The notes beneath the pieces were generated by a model, which was not told the origin of the DNA, searched no databases, and saw nothing but the letters and a program-made list of their open reading frames with translations. Shown piece after piece: positions 18,603 through 28,091 of a DNA stretch of 34,073 nucleotides. How positions within the stretch are numbered: the stretch's first letter is position 1; each line of letters opens with the position of its first letter. Both the position numbers and the translations under genes were made by a program. Source of the DNA: Nitrososphaeraceae archaeon (GTDB lineage Archaea > Thermoproteota > Nitrososphaeria > Nitrososphaerales > Nitrososphaeraceae); NCBI GenBank assembly GCA_044870765.1, contig JBIOZG010000055.1, positions 1 to 34,073 on the forward strand, in the 5' to 3' direction.

Positions 18603-18706
18603 GTTTAGGTTAATTCTGCATGGAAACACTACATCTTCACGGTAGTGCTTCTATGGTACCCAATATTGGGAAATGATCACTGAAACCCGTAGTTGGTAGC
18701 CTAAAC
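18603..18706. ncRNA. Putative structured non-coding element
   Basis: Closing stem GTTTAGGT/GCCTAAAC enclosing hairpin 18619-18655 and an imperfect hairpin ~18655-18701. Confidence 0.35.
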
Positions 18707-18712
18707 GCATCT

Positions 18713-18745
18713 GTTTTATAACAGTTTTATAACAGTTTTATACGG
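18713..18745. repeat. 11-bp tandem repeat GTTTTATAACA (2 perfect copies + 1 degenerate)
   Basis: gttttataaca gttttataaca gttttatacg. Confidence 0.75.
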
Positions 18746-19188
18746 TTTTTGGTAACAGTATATCAACGCATACATACAGGGATTAATTAAGACCGCTTTT
18801 TGACAATTTTGCAAAACCCAAGTCCAAAATGAGTCAAACTATGATTTATCAAAAATCGACTGGAGTATTATCTTGGCACTCAAGTTTCAGTACATAAAGT
18901 CTACATGAGAGCTACAACGTTCAAGCAGTAGATTTTTCTATTAAGTTACAGTAGTTACTGTTATTGGCTTGCAGCCTAGATAATATAATCTTAAAACCAA
19001 GACTGTTTACGTTCACGTCTGCTCCCATCATCGTTATAATATATGGATTTTTCCTCTCCAACAGAATTCCAAATTATATCATATGTTTGTTTCATTAGGA
19101 TTGATATATTAGAATCAAAATTTGATAGAACTATTTTGGAATTATCAATAATTGTTGAAGAAAATTTCTGACTGAATTAAAGACTACG

Positions 19189-19773
19189 TTAGACGTTTAG
19201 TTTTGCCAATCGTTCTTTTACCACATCCTCAAAGTCTTTGTCTTCGAATAGAGAGCTGAATTTTATTTTGTGTTTAGCTTGCAAATTGTCTTTTCCGCCT
19301 CCTCTATCAATAATGGCTACAACTCCTAACATATGTTTCCATTTTGATTGTAGCACTTCAATTGCTTTTAGAACTGATTCACCTTTTGTGATAACATCTT
19401 CCACTACGACTACAGGTTCCAAAACATTTCCTTCTATCATATTTTGCAGGCCGTGACCTTTTGGTTGTTTTCTTACAAAGAACCAACTAATGTTGTCATG
19501 TCCAAGACTTTCCCTTGATATTGCAACTGATATCGAAATAGCACCAGTTTCAAGGCCTCCCACTGATTTGACTGGCCCCATCTTGAGCATTTCTTCTAGC
19601 ATTAGAATTCCTGTAAGTTTTAACCCTTCACCATGAGCTAGAACTTTCTTTAAATCGTAATAATGATTGGTTTTTTGGCCACTTGAGAGGGTAATCGGTT
19701 CACGTCGAACAACGAGAGCTTTGTCTATTATAAGCTCCTTCAATCTGGCTTTCTCATGATCAGGAGCCATCAA
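19189..19773 (-). CDS. pyrE: Orotate phosphoribosyltransferase
   Basis: ITLSSGQKTNHYYDLK, VGGLETGA, VRKQPKGHG, VVVVEDVITKGES PRPP motif, IIDR. Confidence 0.9.
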   Translation of the reverse strand: MMAPDHEKARLKELIIDKALVVRREPITLSSGQKTNHYYDLKKVLAHGEGLKLTGILMLEEMLKMGPVKSVGGLETGAISISVAISRESLGHDNISWFFVRKQPKGHGLQNMIEGNVLEPVVVVEDVITKGESVLKAIEVLQSKWKHMLGVVAIIDRGGGKDNLQAKHKIKFSSLFEDKDFEDVVKERLAKLNV

Positions 19774-19904
19774 ATATCAGACATCCTGCTAGAATATAAA
19801 TTAGACATCAGAATCCTTACTTCCAACATGAAGTAGCGCTTTATCATTTTTTCTAACCTTGAAATATCTTTTTATTATATTGAATACGAACCTGTAGTTT
19901 AAGA

Positions 19905-21023
19905 TTGAAGAACTTCCGTTTTTTTACCAACATATTGCCACTAATACTCGTGGGGTTTTTAATGACGCTTTTATCTGTTCTCTCCTACGAACATAATGTC
20001 GTTTCAGGTCTGTCTACAAAATCAGCTGAAAACAAGAAAACAGGTGATAAGGCAATAATTTTTGTTTTCTCTGATGGTCTCAAAAGCCAGTTCACAAATG
20101 CAAAACCAATTCTCGATAAATATGGATTTAAGGGGACATTTGACGTAGTATGCAACTATGTTGGAAAAAAAAATGGGTATATGGATTGGAATGAAATAAA
20201 GACCCTACACGATGATGGTCATGACATTGGCTCGCATAGTATGTCTCATGCTCGGCTTACAGAACTGTCGAAGGCCTCAATTGAATACGAAGTCGGAAAA
20301 TCAAAAAAATGCTTGGATGATTACGGAATAGATCCAAAGAGCTTTGAGTATCCATTTAGCACCGGATCAGATGATAAAGCCATAGTTGATATTGTTGCAA
20401 AACATTATGATTTTGCAACCCGAGGTAATGATCCGCTCATGTTTCTAAGATGCGACGGAATGAAGCAATATGGTCAGGAGGATTGTAAGACCTTTACCGA
20501 TAATGGTACCCCAACATATGCCAACAAATATTCTATTAGGAATTGGAGCCATGATTTTGAAATTGTGGAGAATTCATACAGCGATTCACAGGCATTGCAA
20601 AGATTCATTGAAGTTGTGAATAGTCAATTAAAGTACAATAAAAACGGAACAATAAATGCGATTCCGATTATAATGTATCATGATATTGGTGCAGAAAAAA
20701 ATTCTGTTACTGATACTGATCTCTTCCAAAAGGAAATGAAGTATCTTCATGATCATAAATTTAAGGTTATAACCATATCGGATCTTGCATATAATGAAAA
20801 AGATAATTATCTCTATGTAAGAGACCTCATCCCTGAAAAAGAATTGGCAGTTGAAAATGTTACCACGCCCCAAATAGAGCCAACAGTAAATGTAACAACA
20901 AACGTGACCACACCGGCAATAGAGCCAACAGTAAATGTAACAACAAACGTGACCACACCGGCAATACCTACAGGAGGTAATCCAATACTTGAAGCTCTTA
21001 AGCAACTATTCGGATTAAAATAG
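19905..21023 (+). CDS. Secreted polysaccharide deacetylase (CE4/NodB) family protein with Thr/Pro-rich repeat tail
   Basis: Signal-like N-terminus; FSDG, PILDKYGFKGTF, GHDIGSHSMSH, FEYPF, IPIIMYH. Confidence 0.85.
   Translation: MKNFRFFTNILPLILVGFLMTLLSVLSYEHNVVSGLSTKSAENKKTGDKAIIFVFSDGLKSQFTNAKPILDKYGFKGTFDVVCNYVGKKNGYMDWNEIKTLHDDGHDIGSHSMSHARLTELSKASIEYEVGKSKKCLDDYGIDPKSFEYPFSTGSDDKAIVDIVAKHYDFATRGNDPLMFLRCDGMKQYGQEDCKTFTDNGTPTYANKYSIRNWSHDFEIVENSYSDSQALQRFIEVVNSQLKYNKNGTINAIPIIMYHDIGAEKNSVTDTDLFQKEMKYLHDHKFKVITISDLAYNEKDNYLYVRDLIPEKELAVENVTTPQIEPTVNVTTNVTTPAIEPTVNVTTNVTTPAIPTGGNPILEALKQLFGLK
20873..20966 (+). repeat. 45-bp perfect in-frame tandem duplication (IEPTVNVTTNVTTPA x2)
   Basis: Identical units 20873-20917 and 20918-20962. 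Confidence 0.92.
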
Positions 21024-21204
21024 GCGATGCTTTAGATATAGACTAAATATAGAATTCTTTCAAAACATTTATTGTGAAAATGTCTTTATCCAACATTCCA
21101 TTATTAGTAGTCAATTATTTGTAAAAATTACTAGTATTCAATGTGTTTGTTAATCTCATCTTTATAGTAAGGAATATTCGTTTTAGATTTGAATGAATGG
21201 CAGA

Positions 21205-21561
21205 TTAATCGAGGGGGCTTTTTGTAATTCCTTTATCACTTTTCATTCCGCCAAGATCCTTTGAATCGTTAGGATTGCTCGGGCCCACTTCATTAACAGT
21301 ATTCTGTATTATCTGATCGAGTCCGGGAGGTGTCACTTGTACCCTCTCTACTTTTTCGCAAGTCCCTTTATCATAGTTACATTCAAGCAGGATTGTGTAA
21401 TCTTCACCATTTGGTAACTTCGCTGTCGCAACACAAAAGTAAATAGCCTGACCGAAACCAAAACACTCACTTGCTGCTGATACAAAATTTATAATTAAAC
21501 TAAAGATTGCCATTGTTAGAATCGAGGCCATAAAGATAAATACTATAAACCTAGTTTCCAT
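21205..21561 (-). CDS. Small secreted Cys-containing hypothetical protein
   Basis: Signal peptide ending VSA, four Cys, low-complexity tail. Confidence 0.7.
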   Translation of the reverse strand: METRFIVFIFMASILTMAIFSLIINFVSAASECFGFGQAIYFCVATAKLPNGEDYTILLECNYDKGTCEKVERVQVTPPGLDQIIQNTVNEVGPSNPNDSKDLGGMKSDKGITKSPLD

Positions 21562-21652
21562 TACCAGTAATCAGTAAGTTCATGTTATTAAACTTGCGGG
21601 CATTGAAGACCGTGTTGATTCACACAAATTTGATAAAATAATAGAATCTAAA

Positions 21653-21790
21653 ATGGATGAAATTATAGACGAGATAAACAAAAAAGATTTTATTTTTGAA
21701 GCCGATCCACTAGATAGTGATTTGAGAATCCTAGATTGGATTTTATATCAGGTTTGTAGTAACAAACGAAAAGAGTCTGAATGGATATAA
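21653..21790 (+). CDS. Small hypothetical protein or gene fragment (45 aa)
   Basis: MDEIIDEINKKDFIFEADPLDSDLRILDWILYQVCSNKRKESEWI; frame stays open ~25 codons upstream. Confidence 0.35.
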   Translation: MDEIIDEINKKDFIFEADPLDSDLRILDWILYQVCSNKRKESEWI

Positions 21791-21961
21791 TATTAAATAA
21801 AAATAAATGAATTCTTTTTGGTCATTTATTCAAGTTCCTTTAATCTTTCTTTATAGCATTCTTGGCAATTGTACCTTTTACACTTATCTTTATTATGTCT
21901 AGTCATTTTAACCAACCACTTATTAAAAAAGCGATATACATGATAATTCCAATAAGCGATA

Positions 21962-22114
21962 TTATGCCAATTCTTTCATCATCATTGATATACAATTGGA
22001 GTAAGGACTTGATGATTGTCCATACGCTACATCGACACTCGCGAACTGGATACCACAAGTGAATAATACGAATGTCAAAACAACTATCGTTGGCCATATT
22101 TTGAAGTAAAACAA
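21962..22114 (-). CDS. Short signal-peptide-bearing ORF (50 aa), possibly truncated
   Basis: TTG start: FYFKIWPTIVVLTFVLFTCGIQFASVDVAYGQSSSPYSNCISMMMKELA; AYG|Q cleavage-like site; different frame from the track ORF 21903-22097. Confidence 0.4.
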   Translation of the reverse strand: MFYFKIWPTIVVLTFVLFTCGIQFASVDVAYGQSSSPYSNCISMMMKELA

Positions 22115-22431
22115 TTCAGATGTTATTTATTGAAGGAATAGAAAAGTTTTTCGTAAATCAAAATTCGAATAAGAGTCATTTAACCTAATCTCATCATCCG
22201 ATTTAGTTGTTATATTTTTTCAGAATGCTTCTAGTCTATTGAAAACCGAGGGCGTATCATCTAAAGAATTCATAAAGACTTGTGATCAACGTCATAAGAC
22301 ATTCTATTTCAGTCGTGATTATGCAAAGCATTTACCATGTTGGAAAATACATTCAAAAACTGACTAATTTGCTTTGATGATTCTCTCTAGAATAGAAGGA
22401 ACACTTACATAGAATATGCAATGCTGTGTAG

Positions 22432-22701
22432 TTGATGAATTCGCTCTACACAGTTACGACACTATTGGCAGCCGTTGCATTGATAGGCGTTACGGGTGCA
22501 AGTTTACAACAAACGTCTGCAATCATTGACAATTGGAAAGAAGAATTTAGAGTATTAACAGATCAATTTGAGGATGCTATATCCGACGAAGTAGATCAAA
22601 AACCGATCAACAATGACACCATACGAATGTTAGTTGATGACTACAAAACTAATCTTACCGAATTTTTCGAAAATTCTACCAATCTTAATGCCACGGGTTG
22701 A
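22432..22701 (+). CDS. Small secreted helical hypothetical protein
   Basis: Signal peptide, acidic helical mature part, followed by T-run at 22710-22723. Confidence 0.7.
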   Translation: MMNSLYTVTTLLAAVALIGVTGASLQQTSAIIDNWKEEFRVLTDQFEDAISDEVDQKPINNDTIRMLVDDYKTNLTEFFENSTNLNATG

Positions 22702-22796
22702 ATCCTTCCCTTTTTTTATTTTTCATCACCCGAAATGCAGCGCTATATCAAATGTCCCGATAACGCAGCAGAACTTGAAAAAAGGATAGAACTTAT

Positions 22797-22812
22797 ATAT
22801 CGCTAGCGATAT
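22797..22812. promoter_or_regulatory. Perfect 16-bp palindrome ATATCGCTAGCGATAT overlapping a TATA-like box
   Basis: CTTATAT at 22792-22798 runs into the palindrome. Confidence 0.45.
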
Positions 22813-23051
22813 TGCGGTTTGAGTCGTATAAACGCGCATTGTAACCTAAAAAAAGCAATTTTCTATTCTGGACTGGAAGTTTGTGCGAGGCTAAGAACAA
22901 TTGATTATTGTATAACCATAACTATTTTTTACATTATTAGAGAAAATGGAAATTTGCATTTTTATTTACTTGTACTAAAAAGAGTAAGCATAAACATGAT
23001 TAATCACAGTATATAAGAAATATGGGTATTGTAAAAACAATGATGTCGTAG

Positions 23052-24677
23052 ATGAGGGCTACAAGTAACTCAGTTATTGAAAAAGGATCGGATAATTATG
23101 ATTTGGCTTGCAGGGAAATAGGTAATAAACTAAATCAACTTCAAGAATCTTCACTAAAAAATATTTCTACATTTATAAGAAGAACTTCATCCAAATATCA
23201 CTTATCAAAAACTCCCAGATTTCGTGATATCCTAAAATATTTACCAATTGATAGTAATATTAGAAAAGCAATGATGGTTAAACCTATCAAGACTGCCTCA
23301 GGCGTATTAATTATTGCAGTCATGGCAAAACCATATGACTGTCCTCATGGTAGATGCATCTACTGCCCCGGCGGTAAAGAACTTAACGTACCATTAAGTT
23401 ATACCGGAAAGGAACCGGTAACACGATTGGCGCAAAAATTGGATTTTGATCCAAGAAGCCAGATAATCTCCAAATTAGATCAAGAATATTCAAGAGGTCA
23501 TAATATTTCGAAGGTAGAATTAGTAATTGTCGGTGGAACCTTTCCTTTTATGCCATCAGATTACCAACGGTATTTTGTAAAAAAATGCTATGACGCATTG
23601 AACGGAGTTAAATCCACTTCTCTTCAACAAGCACAGAAACTCAATGAATTAAGTGACATTCGTTGCGTGGGATTTACCGTGGAAACGAAACCAGATTACT
23701 GCAAAGAAATGCACATTGATTTGATGCTTGAATTGGGTATCACCAGAGTAGAAATTGGAGTTCAAACTTTAAGTGATAATGTTTACAAAAATATTAACAG
23801 GGGTCATAACGTCGATGATGTCTATCAATCATTCCAAATTGCGAAAGATTCGGGATACAAAATTGTAGCTCATATGATGCCTGGATTGCCCGGTTCGGAT
23901 CCGCAAAAAGATCTTTTTGATTTTAAGAAACTATTTGATGACTCACGCTTAAAACCTGATATGTTGAAAATTTACCCTACATTACTGCTTAAGAATACTG
24001 GTTTGGCAAAATTGTATGAAAGAGATCTTTACCAACCGTATTCTGACGATGTTTTTACCGAATTACTTCTTGAAATAAAAAAAATAGTTCCTCCATGGTT
24101 AAGAATAATGAGAATTCAGCGCGAAATAGAATCGGATGATATTCTACATGGGTGTAAAAGTAGTAATATCAGACAGACACTCCAACAAAAGTTGAAAGAA
24201 CAAGGCTTACAATGCCGTTGTATTCGATGTAGAGAAGTGGGAATAAAAAAATTAGCAAACAACATGAATATTAAGATAACATCCAATAGAATCGACTATG
24301 CTTCTTCAAAAGGAAAGGAAATATTTTTGAGTCTAGAGGATAATGATAATAAGTTATTGTTCGGATTTCTGAGATTGAGAAGATTAGCAATGCCACATAG
24401 GCATGAGTTGATCGACAAGAACGGAAATCCTGCAGCTATTGTTCGTGAACTGCACGTTCTCGGACAGATGGTTGATGTTGGTAACAATAATGATTTATTG
24501 GCAAGCTCATTTCAGCACAAGGGCTATGGTTCTAAATTGCTAGGGATTGCTGAAAATATTGTTAAAAATGAATTTGGATTGAATTCTATTTCAGTAATTA
24601 GTGCAATAGGGACAAGGGAGTATTACAGGAAGTTCGGATATAAAATGAATGGACCATATGTTTCAAAGGATTTGTAA
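23052..24677 (+). CDS. elp3: Elp3 radical-SAM/GNAT tRNA U34 modification enzyme
   Basis: KTASGV, CPHGRCIYCPGG, GGTF, ETKPD, RVEIGVQT, HMMPGLPG, PDMLKIYPT, RIQRE, CRCIRCRE, VRELHV, QHKGYG, REYYRKFGY. Confidence 0.97.
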   Translation: MRATSNSVIEKGSDNYDLACREIGNKLNQLQESSLKNISTFIRRTSSKYHLSKTPRFRDILKYLPIDSNIRKAMMVKPIKTASGVLIIAVMAKPYDCPHGRCIYCPGGKELNVPLSYTGKEPVTRLAQKLDFDPRSQIISKLDQEYSRGHNISKVELVIVGGTFPFMPSDYQRYFVKKCYDALNGVKSTSLQQAQKLNELSDIRCVGFTVETKPDYCKEMHIDLMLELGITRVEIGVQTLSDNVYKNINRGHNVDDVYQSFQIAKDSGYKIVAHMMPGLPGSDPQKDLFDFKKLFDDSRLKPDMLKIYPTLLLKNTGLAKLYERDLYQPYSDDVFTELLLEIKKIVPPWLRIMRIQREIESDDILHGCKSSNIRQTLQQKLKEQGLQCRCIRCREVGIKKLANNMNIKITSNRIDYASSKGKEIFLSLEDNDNKLLFGFLRLRRLAMPHRHELIDKNGNPAAIVRELHVLGQMVDVGNNNDLLASSFQHKGYGSKLLGIAENIVKNEFGLNSISVISAIGTREYYRKFGYKMNGPYVSKDL

Positions 24678-24683
24678 TAACAT

Positions 24684-26294
24684 TTGAAAAGAGAAATAAT
24701 AGGAAGAGGAACTTGGATTGATAAGATAGCTTCTACGATCATTGATAGAGAAAAAAATATCCGAAGAAAATTGGATTTGATTCCAGTTGAAAGCGGTCTA
24801 GGAGCTTCTGGTTTTCCACATATCGGGAGTCTTGGTGATGCTGTGAGGGCATATGGTGTCTCTCTTGCAATAAAGAATTTAGGATACAACTCAAAGCTAA
24901 TTGCGTATTCTGATGATTTGGACGGACTGAGAAAAATCCCATCTGGACTTCCTGAGTGGTTGAGTGATTATATTGGCAAGCCAGTGTCAAGTATTCCTGA
25001 TCCTATAGGCCAGTGTCATGATTCGTATGGATCTCACATGAGCAGTCTATTGCTTGATGCATTAAATAGACTTGATATAGACTATGAATTTTTGAATGCT
25101 GCCAAAGTCTATGGCAATGGAATGTTAACAAACCAAATAGATATGATTCTATCGAACGCTTCCAATCTGGGTAATAAGATAGAAGAAATCGTTGGTCAAA
25201 CGAAATATAAGGAATCACTTCCATATTTTCCCATTTGTGAATCATGCGGACGCCTTTACGTGGCACACGCCGAAAATTACCTTATAGATGAAAAGAAAGT
25301 AAGGTACGCTTGTAACGGAACCAAATTAGGTAACAATGAGGTAAAAGGGTGCGGTTATACTGGTGAAATTCCTATATCTTTGGGAAAGGGAAAACTTGCT
25401 TGGAAGGTAGAATTTGCCGCAAGGTGGAGTGCACTTAATATCCGATTTGAAGCTTACGGTAAAGACATAATGGATTCGGTTAGGGTCAATGACTGGGTGT
25501 CGGATGTCATACTAAATTATGCACATCCGTTGCATGTAAAATATGAGATGTTTCTTGACAAAGGAGGCAAGAAAATAAGCAAGTCTACAGGAAATGTGCT
25601 GACACCCCAAGTATGGTTACGTTATGGAACTCCCCAATCCTTATTGTTACTATTATTCAAGCGAATTACTGGCACTAGACAAATTGGGACTGATGATATT
25701 GCGACCTTGATGGAAGAGTATGACAATTATGAGGATCTCTATTTTGGTAAAAAGAAGGAAGAAAATGAAGATAGACTCTCTAAAATAAGGGGAATATATG
25801 AGTATATTAATCATTTAAAAACAGGCGATAAATTGTCACAACATGTTCCTTATATGCTAATGGTTCAACAGGCATCATTTTTTTCCGGATCTGATCGAGT
25901 AGAAAAGATCTTTGAAAGGTTATTAAAATACAAAGTAGCAGTTGAACTGACCCCGGACTTGCAGCAGAAAATCCAGCTAGCATGTAACTGGTCAGACGAC
26001 TACATCTCGACAGATAAATTTGACGTAGTTCTCACCGATAAGGAAAAGACAATAGTAAAAAATATAGTAGATAATCTAGAAACAGCAGCAGCTCCAGAGA
26101 ACAATCTTGATGCAGAAAAAATTCAACAATTGATATATGAGACTTCAAAGCACCACGAGGAGCAACCAAAGAGGATATTCAAATTATTCTACCGAATGTT
26201 GATAAATGCCGATAGTGGACCAAAGTTAGGTGGATATATTTCTGATCTGGGATTGGACAAAACGCGTACTATTCTTCATTCGTATGTTTCATGA
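24684..26294 (+). CDS. lysS: Class I lysyl-tRNA synthetase
   Basis: SGLGASGFPHIGS (HIGH-like), YSDDLDGLRK, GKLAWKVEFAARW, FEAYGKD, KISKSTGN (KMSKS-like), GPKLG. Confidence 0.97.
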   Translation: MKREIIGRGTWIDKIASTIIDREKNIRRKLDLIPVESGLGASGFPHIGSLGDAVRAYGVSLAIKNLGYNSKLIAYSDDLDGLRKIPSGLPEWLSDYIGKPVSSIPDPIGQCHDSYGSHMSSLLLDALNRLDIDYEFLNAAKVYGNGMLTNQIDMILSNASNLGNKIEEIVGQTKYKESLPYFPICESCGRLYVAHAENYLIDEKKVRYACNGTKLGNNEVKGCGYTGEIPISLGKGKLAWKVEFAARWSALNIRFEAYGKDIMDSVRVNDWVSDVILNYAHPLHVKYEMFLDKGGKKISKSTGNVLTPQVWLRYGTPQSLLLLLFKRITGTRQIGTDDIATLMEEYDNYEDLYFGKKKEENEDRLSKIRGIYEYINHLKTGDKLSQHVPYMLMVQQASFFSGSDRVEKIFERLLKYKVAVELTPDLQQKIQLACNWSDDYISTDKFDVVLTDKEKTIVKNIVDNLETAAAPENNLDAEKIQQLIYETSKHHEEQPKRIFKLFYRMLINADSGPKLGGYISDLGLDKTRTILHSYVS

Positions 26295-26332
26295 AAATGG
26301 AACATCGTGGAGTATGTGGTACTTTTAAAGTT

Positions 26333-26505
26333 ATGAATATGATAAAAAATGAAAGTCATTATCATTGTTTTTGGATTCTATAAAGTCTGAAGAAACACGA
26401 AAACATTATTCGCTTTATTTGCAGAAATATTTTGAATTTGCAGGTAGAGATATAGATAATGATGAAAGCAAGATTATACAGTTTATATCGGAATTAAAAA
26501 ATTAA
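26333..26505 (+). pseudogene. Probable frameshifted N-terminal remnant of a tyrosine integrase
   Basis: MNMIKNESHY /frameshift/ SLFLDSIKSEETRKHYSLYLQKYFEFAGRDIDNDESKIIQFISELKN*; resembles the core-binding helices of thaumarchaeal integrases (recalled pattern); no catalytic domain. Confidence 0.5.
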
Positions 26506-27095
26506 AAATCGATGAAACGTATAAAGAAGGATTTCTAATTGCTATTAGGCTTGTTTCCTCAGAGCTAAAGACTATAATAGATTAAAAATGAATCATGTAT
26601 AAGAATTGTTCAAACTGATTATTGAGAAGGCAGTTGAGAGGAAGTAGTTCAAGTAGTTAGAAGCTTTATCAAGTTTATTGGTCAATAGACAGGTACAAGT
26701 ATGACAAAAAGGACTAACGGTGACAAAGCATCTCACCTGCTGAATATACTAGATAGACATCTCAATGAAAAAAATTGTCAGCATAATCCTGAAGAGCTTT
26801 TTGATCAATATAGCCTTTCCACAAATTAGAAAGCAGATGTTATAGTCCCAAATAGGAATTAATTAATTTGTGACGAATATCCATTTAAGATAATTGAGTA
26901 GTCGCAATTTTCTATACTATTGTAACCATCTGAGAGAAGAGTCAGAGAGCCTTTTTAGGGTAACATGAACCTACCGTCATTGTTGGATTTGCAAATATAA
27001 GCAACTCATTATGCGTTTAAAAGCTAGTAAATAACATTTAAAGAGTTGTATCACATCCTTTAATAAATTAATGCTGCAGTATGTAAATACCTTCC

Positions 27096-28091
27096 TTGGT
27101 TAATGACTCAAATCGCAAAAAAATATCCCGTCTTGATTTCTTGAAATTGGTGGGAGGCGCTGGAACTTCGATCATGTTACTCCCGTTAGTATCTGTGTTA
27201 AGGGTCTTTGGTGAGGAGGTTCCTGCAACTAGTAAACCAGTAATAGTCAAACGAACCAACATGGTAGGACCTGACGGCGTGGCCTTTGTATATCCTACCA
27301 GACCAAGGGGTTTTGTTTGGTACATGGACCATGATCATCCATTTGATTCACACTTTGAAAGAGGCGGCGGTTCTACCTATGATGAACTAGTAAAGAATAA
27401 AGACGGTTCGTGGACTGCTGACGATAATAAAAGGGTGAAGTTTAATTTGAACGTTGATCCTGACTATAAAGATGCGATCGGTGGCTGCAATATGAGTTTT
27501 AGGGATTCGATGGCCCGAGGTTATACATATGATAAAAGCGACCTTGATAACGTAGAGTTGACAGGTTTCTTTAATGTTCACAAGCCTACAGAACATGATG
27601 GTATCTATCTAAGGGGTCCATGTAATCACCATGATGAAGCCGATCATCTTTGTTGCGAAGAATTCAACTATGACTGTGAAACAGAATGCAATTCTACTAC
27701 GAAAAGTTCAAAAGTTAAATTCACCAAGCAAAGTCCCGGCAAGTATTATAATGATCCTGCCGGAGTCAAAACGATAGTTCCTCCAACCATATTGGCAGAT
27801 CATGGTTGGTTTGGAATCAAATATATCCACATTATATTGTCTCGTGATATGGATGCTCCAAAGGTCAAATTGGAGCAATGGATGGACTTCAACGGTGATG
27901 GCAAAACTTGGATCAAAGTAAACGAGGTTAATGACACTAGGTTCTATAAATGGGGACCAAAGGCCATTTGTGAAGGGGAAGATTATGGGGTTGGAGCCTG
28001 GGGCGCACCTCGTATGGTTTACAAGTGGTATCGTGGAGATGTCGATTTCAAATGGTTTTCATGCCGACAAATAATTCCTAATCGTGTATAA
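27096..28091 (+). CDS. Exported beta-rich protein with Tat-like signal, possibly lectin/polysaccharide-lyase-like fold
   Basis: RKKISRLDFLKLVGGAG + hydrophobic stretch; Trp/Tyr-rich beta pattern WFGIKY, VKLEQW; Cys/His cluster. Confidence 0.7.
   Translation: MVNDSNRKKISRLDFLKLVGGAGTSIMLLPLVSVLRVFGEEVPATSKPVIVKRTNMVGPDGVAFVYPTRPRGFVWYMDHDHPFDSHFERGGGSTYDELVKNKDGSWTADDNKRVKFNLNVDPDYKDAIGGCNMSFRDSMARGYTYDKSDLDNVELTGFFNVHKPTEHDGIYLRGPCNHHDEADHLCCEEFNYDCETECNSTTKSSKVKFTKQSPGKYYNDPAGVKTIVPPTILADHGWFGIKYIHIILSRDMDAPKVKLEQWMDFNGDGKTWIKVNEVNDTRFYKWGPKAICEGEDYGVGAWGAPRMVYKWYRGDVDFKWFSCRQIIPNRV

Noticed and set aside
18603-18710. 5S rRNA or H/ACA guide identity for the structured element
   Set aside because: No 5S consensus motifs; no ACA box after the closing stem and imperfect K-loop geometry
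18589-18760. CRISPR array or replication origin
   Set aside because: Repeats are 6-11 bp without spacers, no cas genes, no recognisable ORB boxes or canonical Orc1/Cdc6
21903-22097. Track ORF of 64 aa on the minus strand
   Set aside because: An alternative frame (21962-22114) gives a more plausible signal-peptide protein
22150-22200. Minus-strand ATGATGA at 22191-22197
   Set aside because: No CTGA at suitable distance
22819-23016. 65-aa ORF upstream of elp3
   Set aside because: Composition typical of AT-rich non-coding DNA; no motif
26701-26829. 42-aa ORF MTKRTNGDKASHLLNILDRH...
   Set aside because: Too short and motif-free to support; may be a fragment
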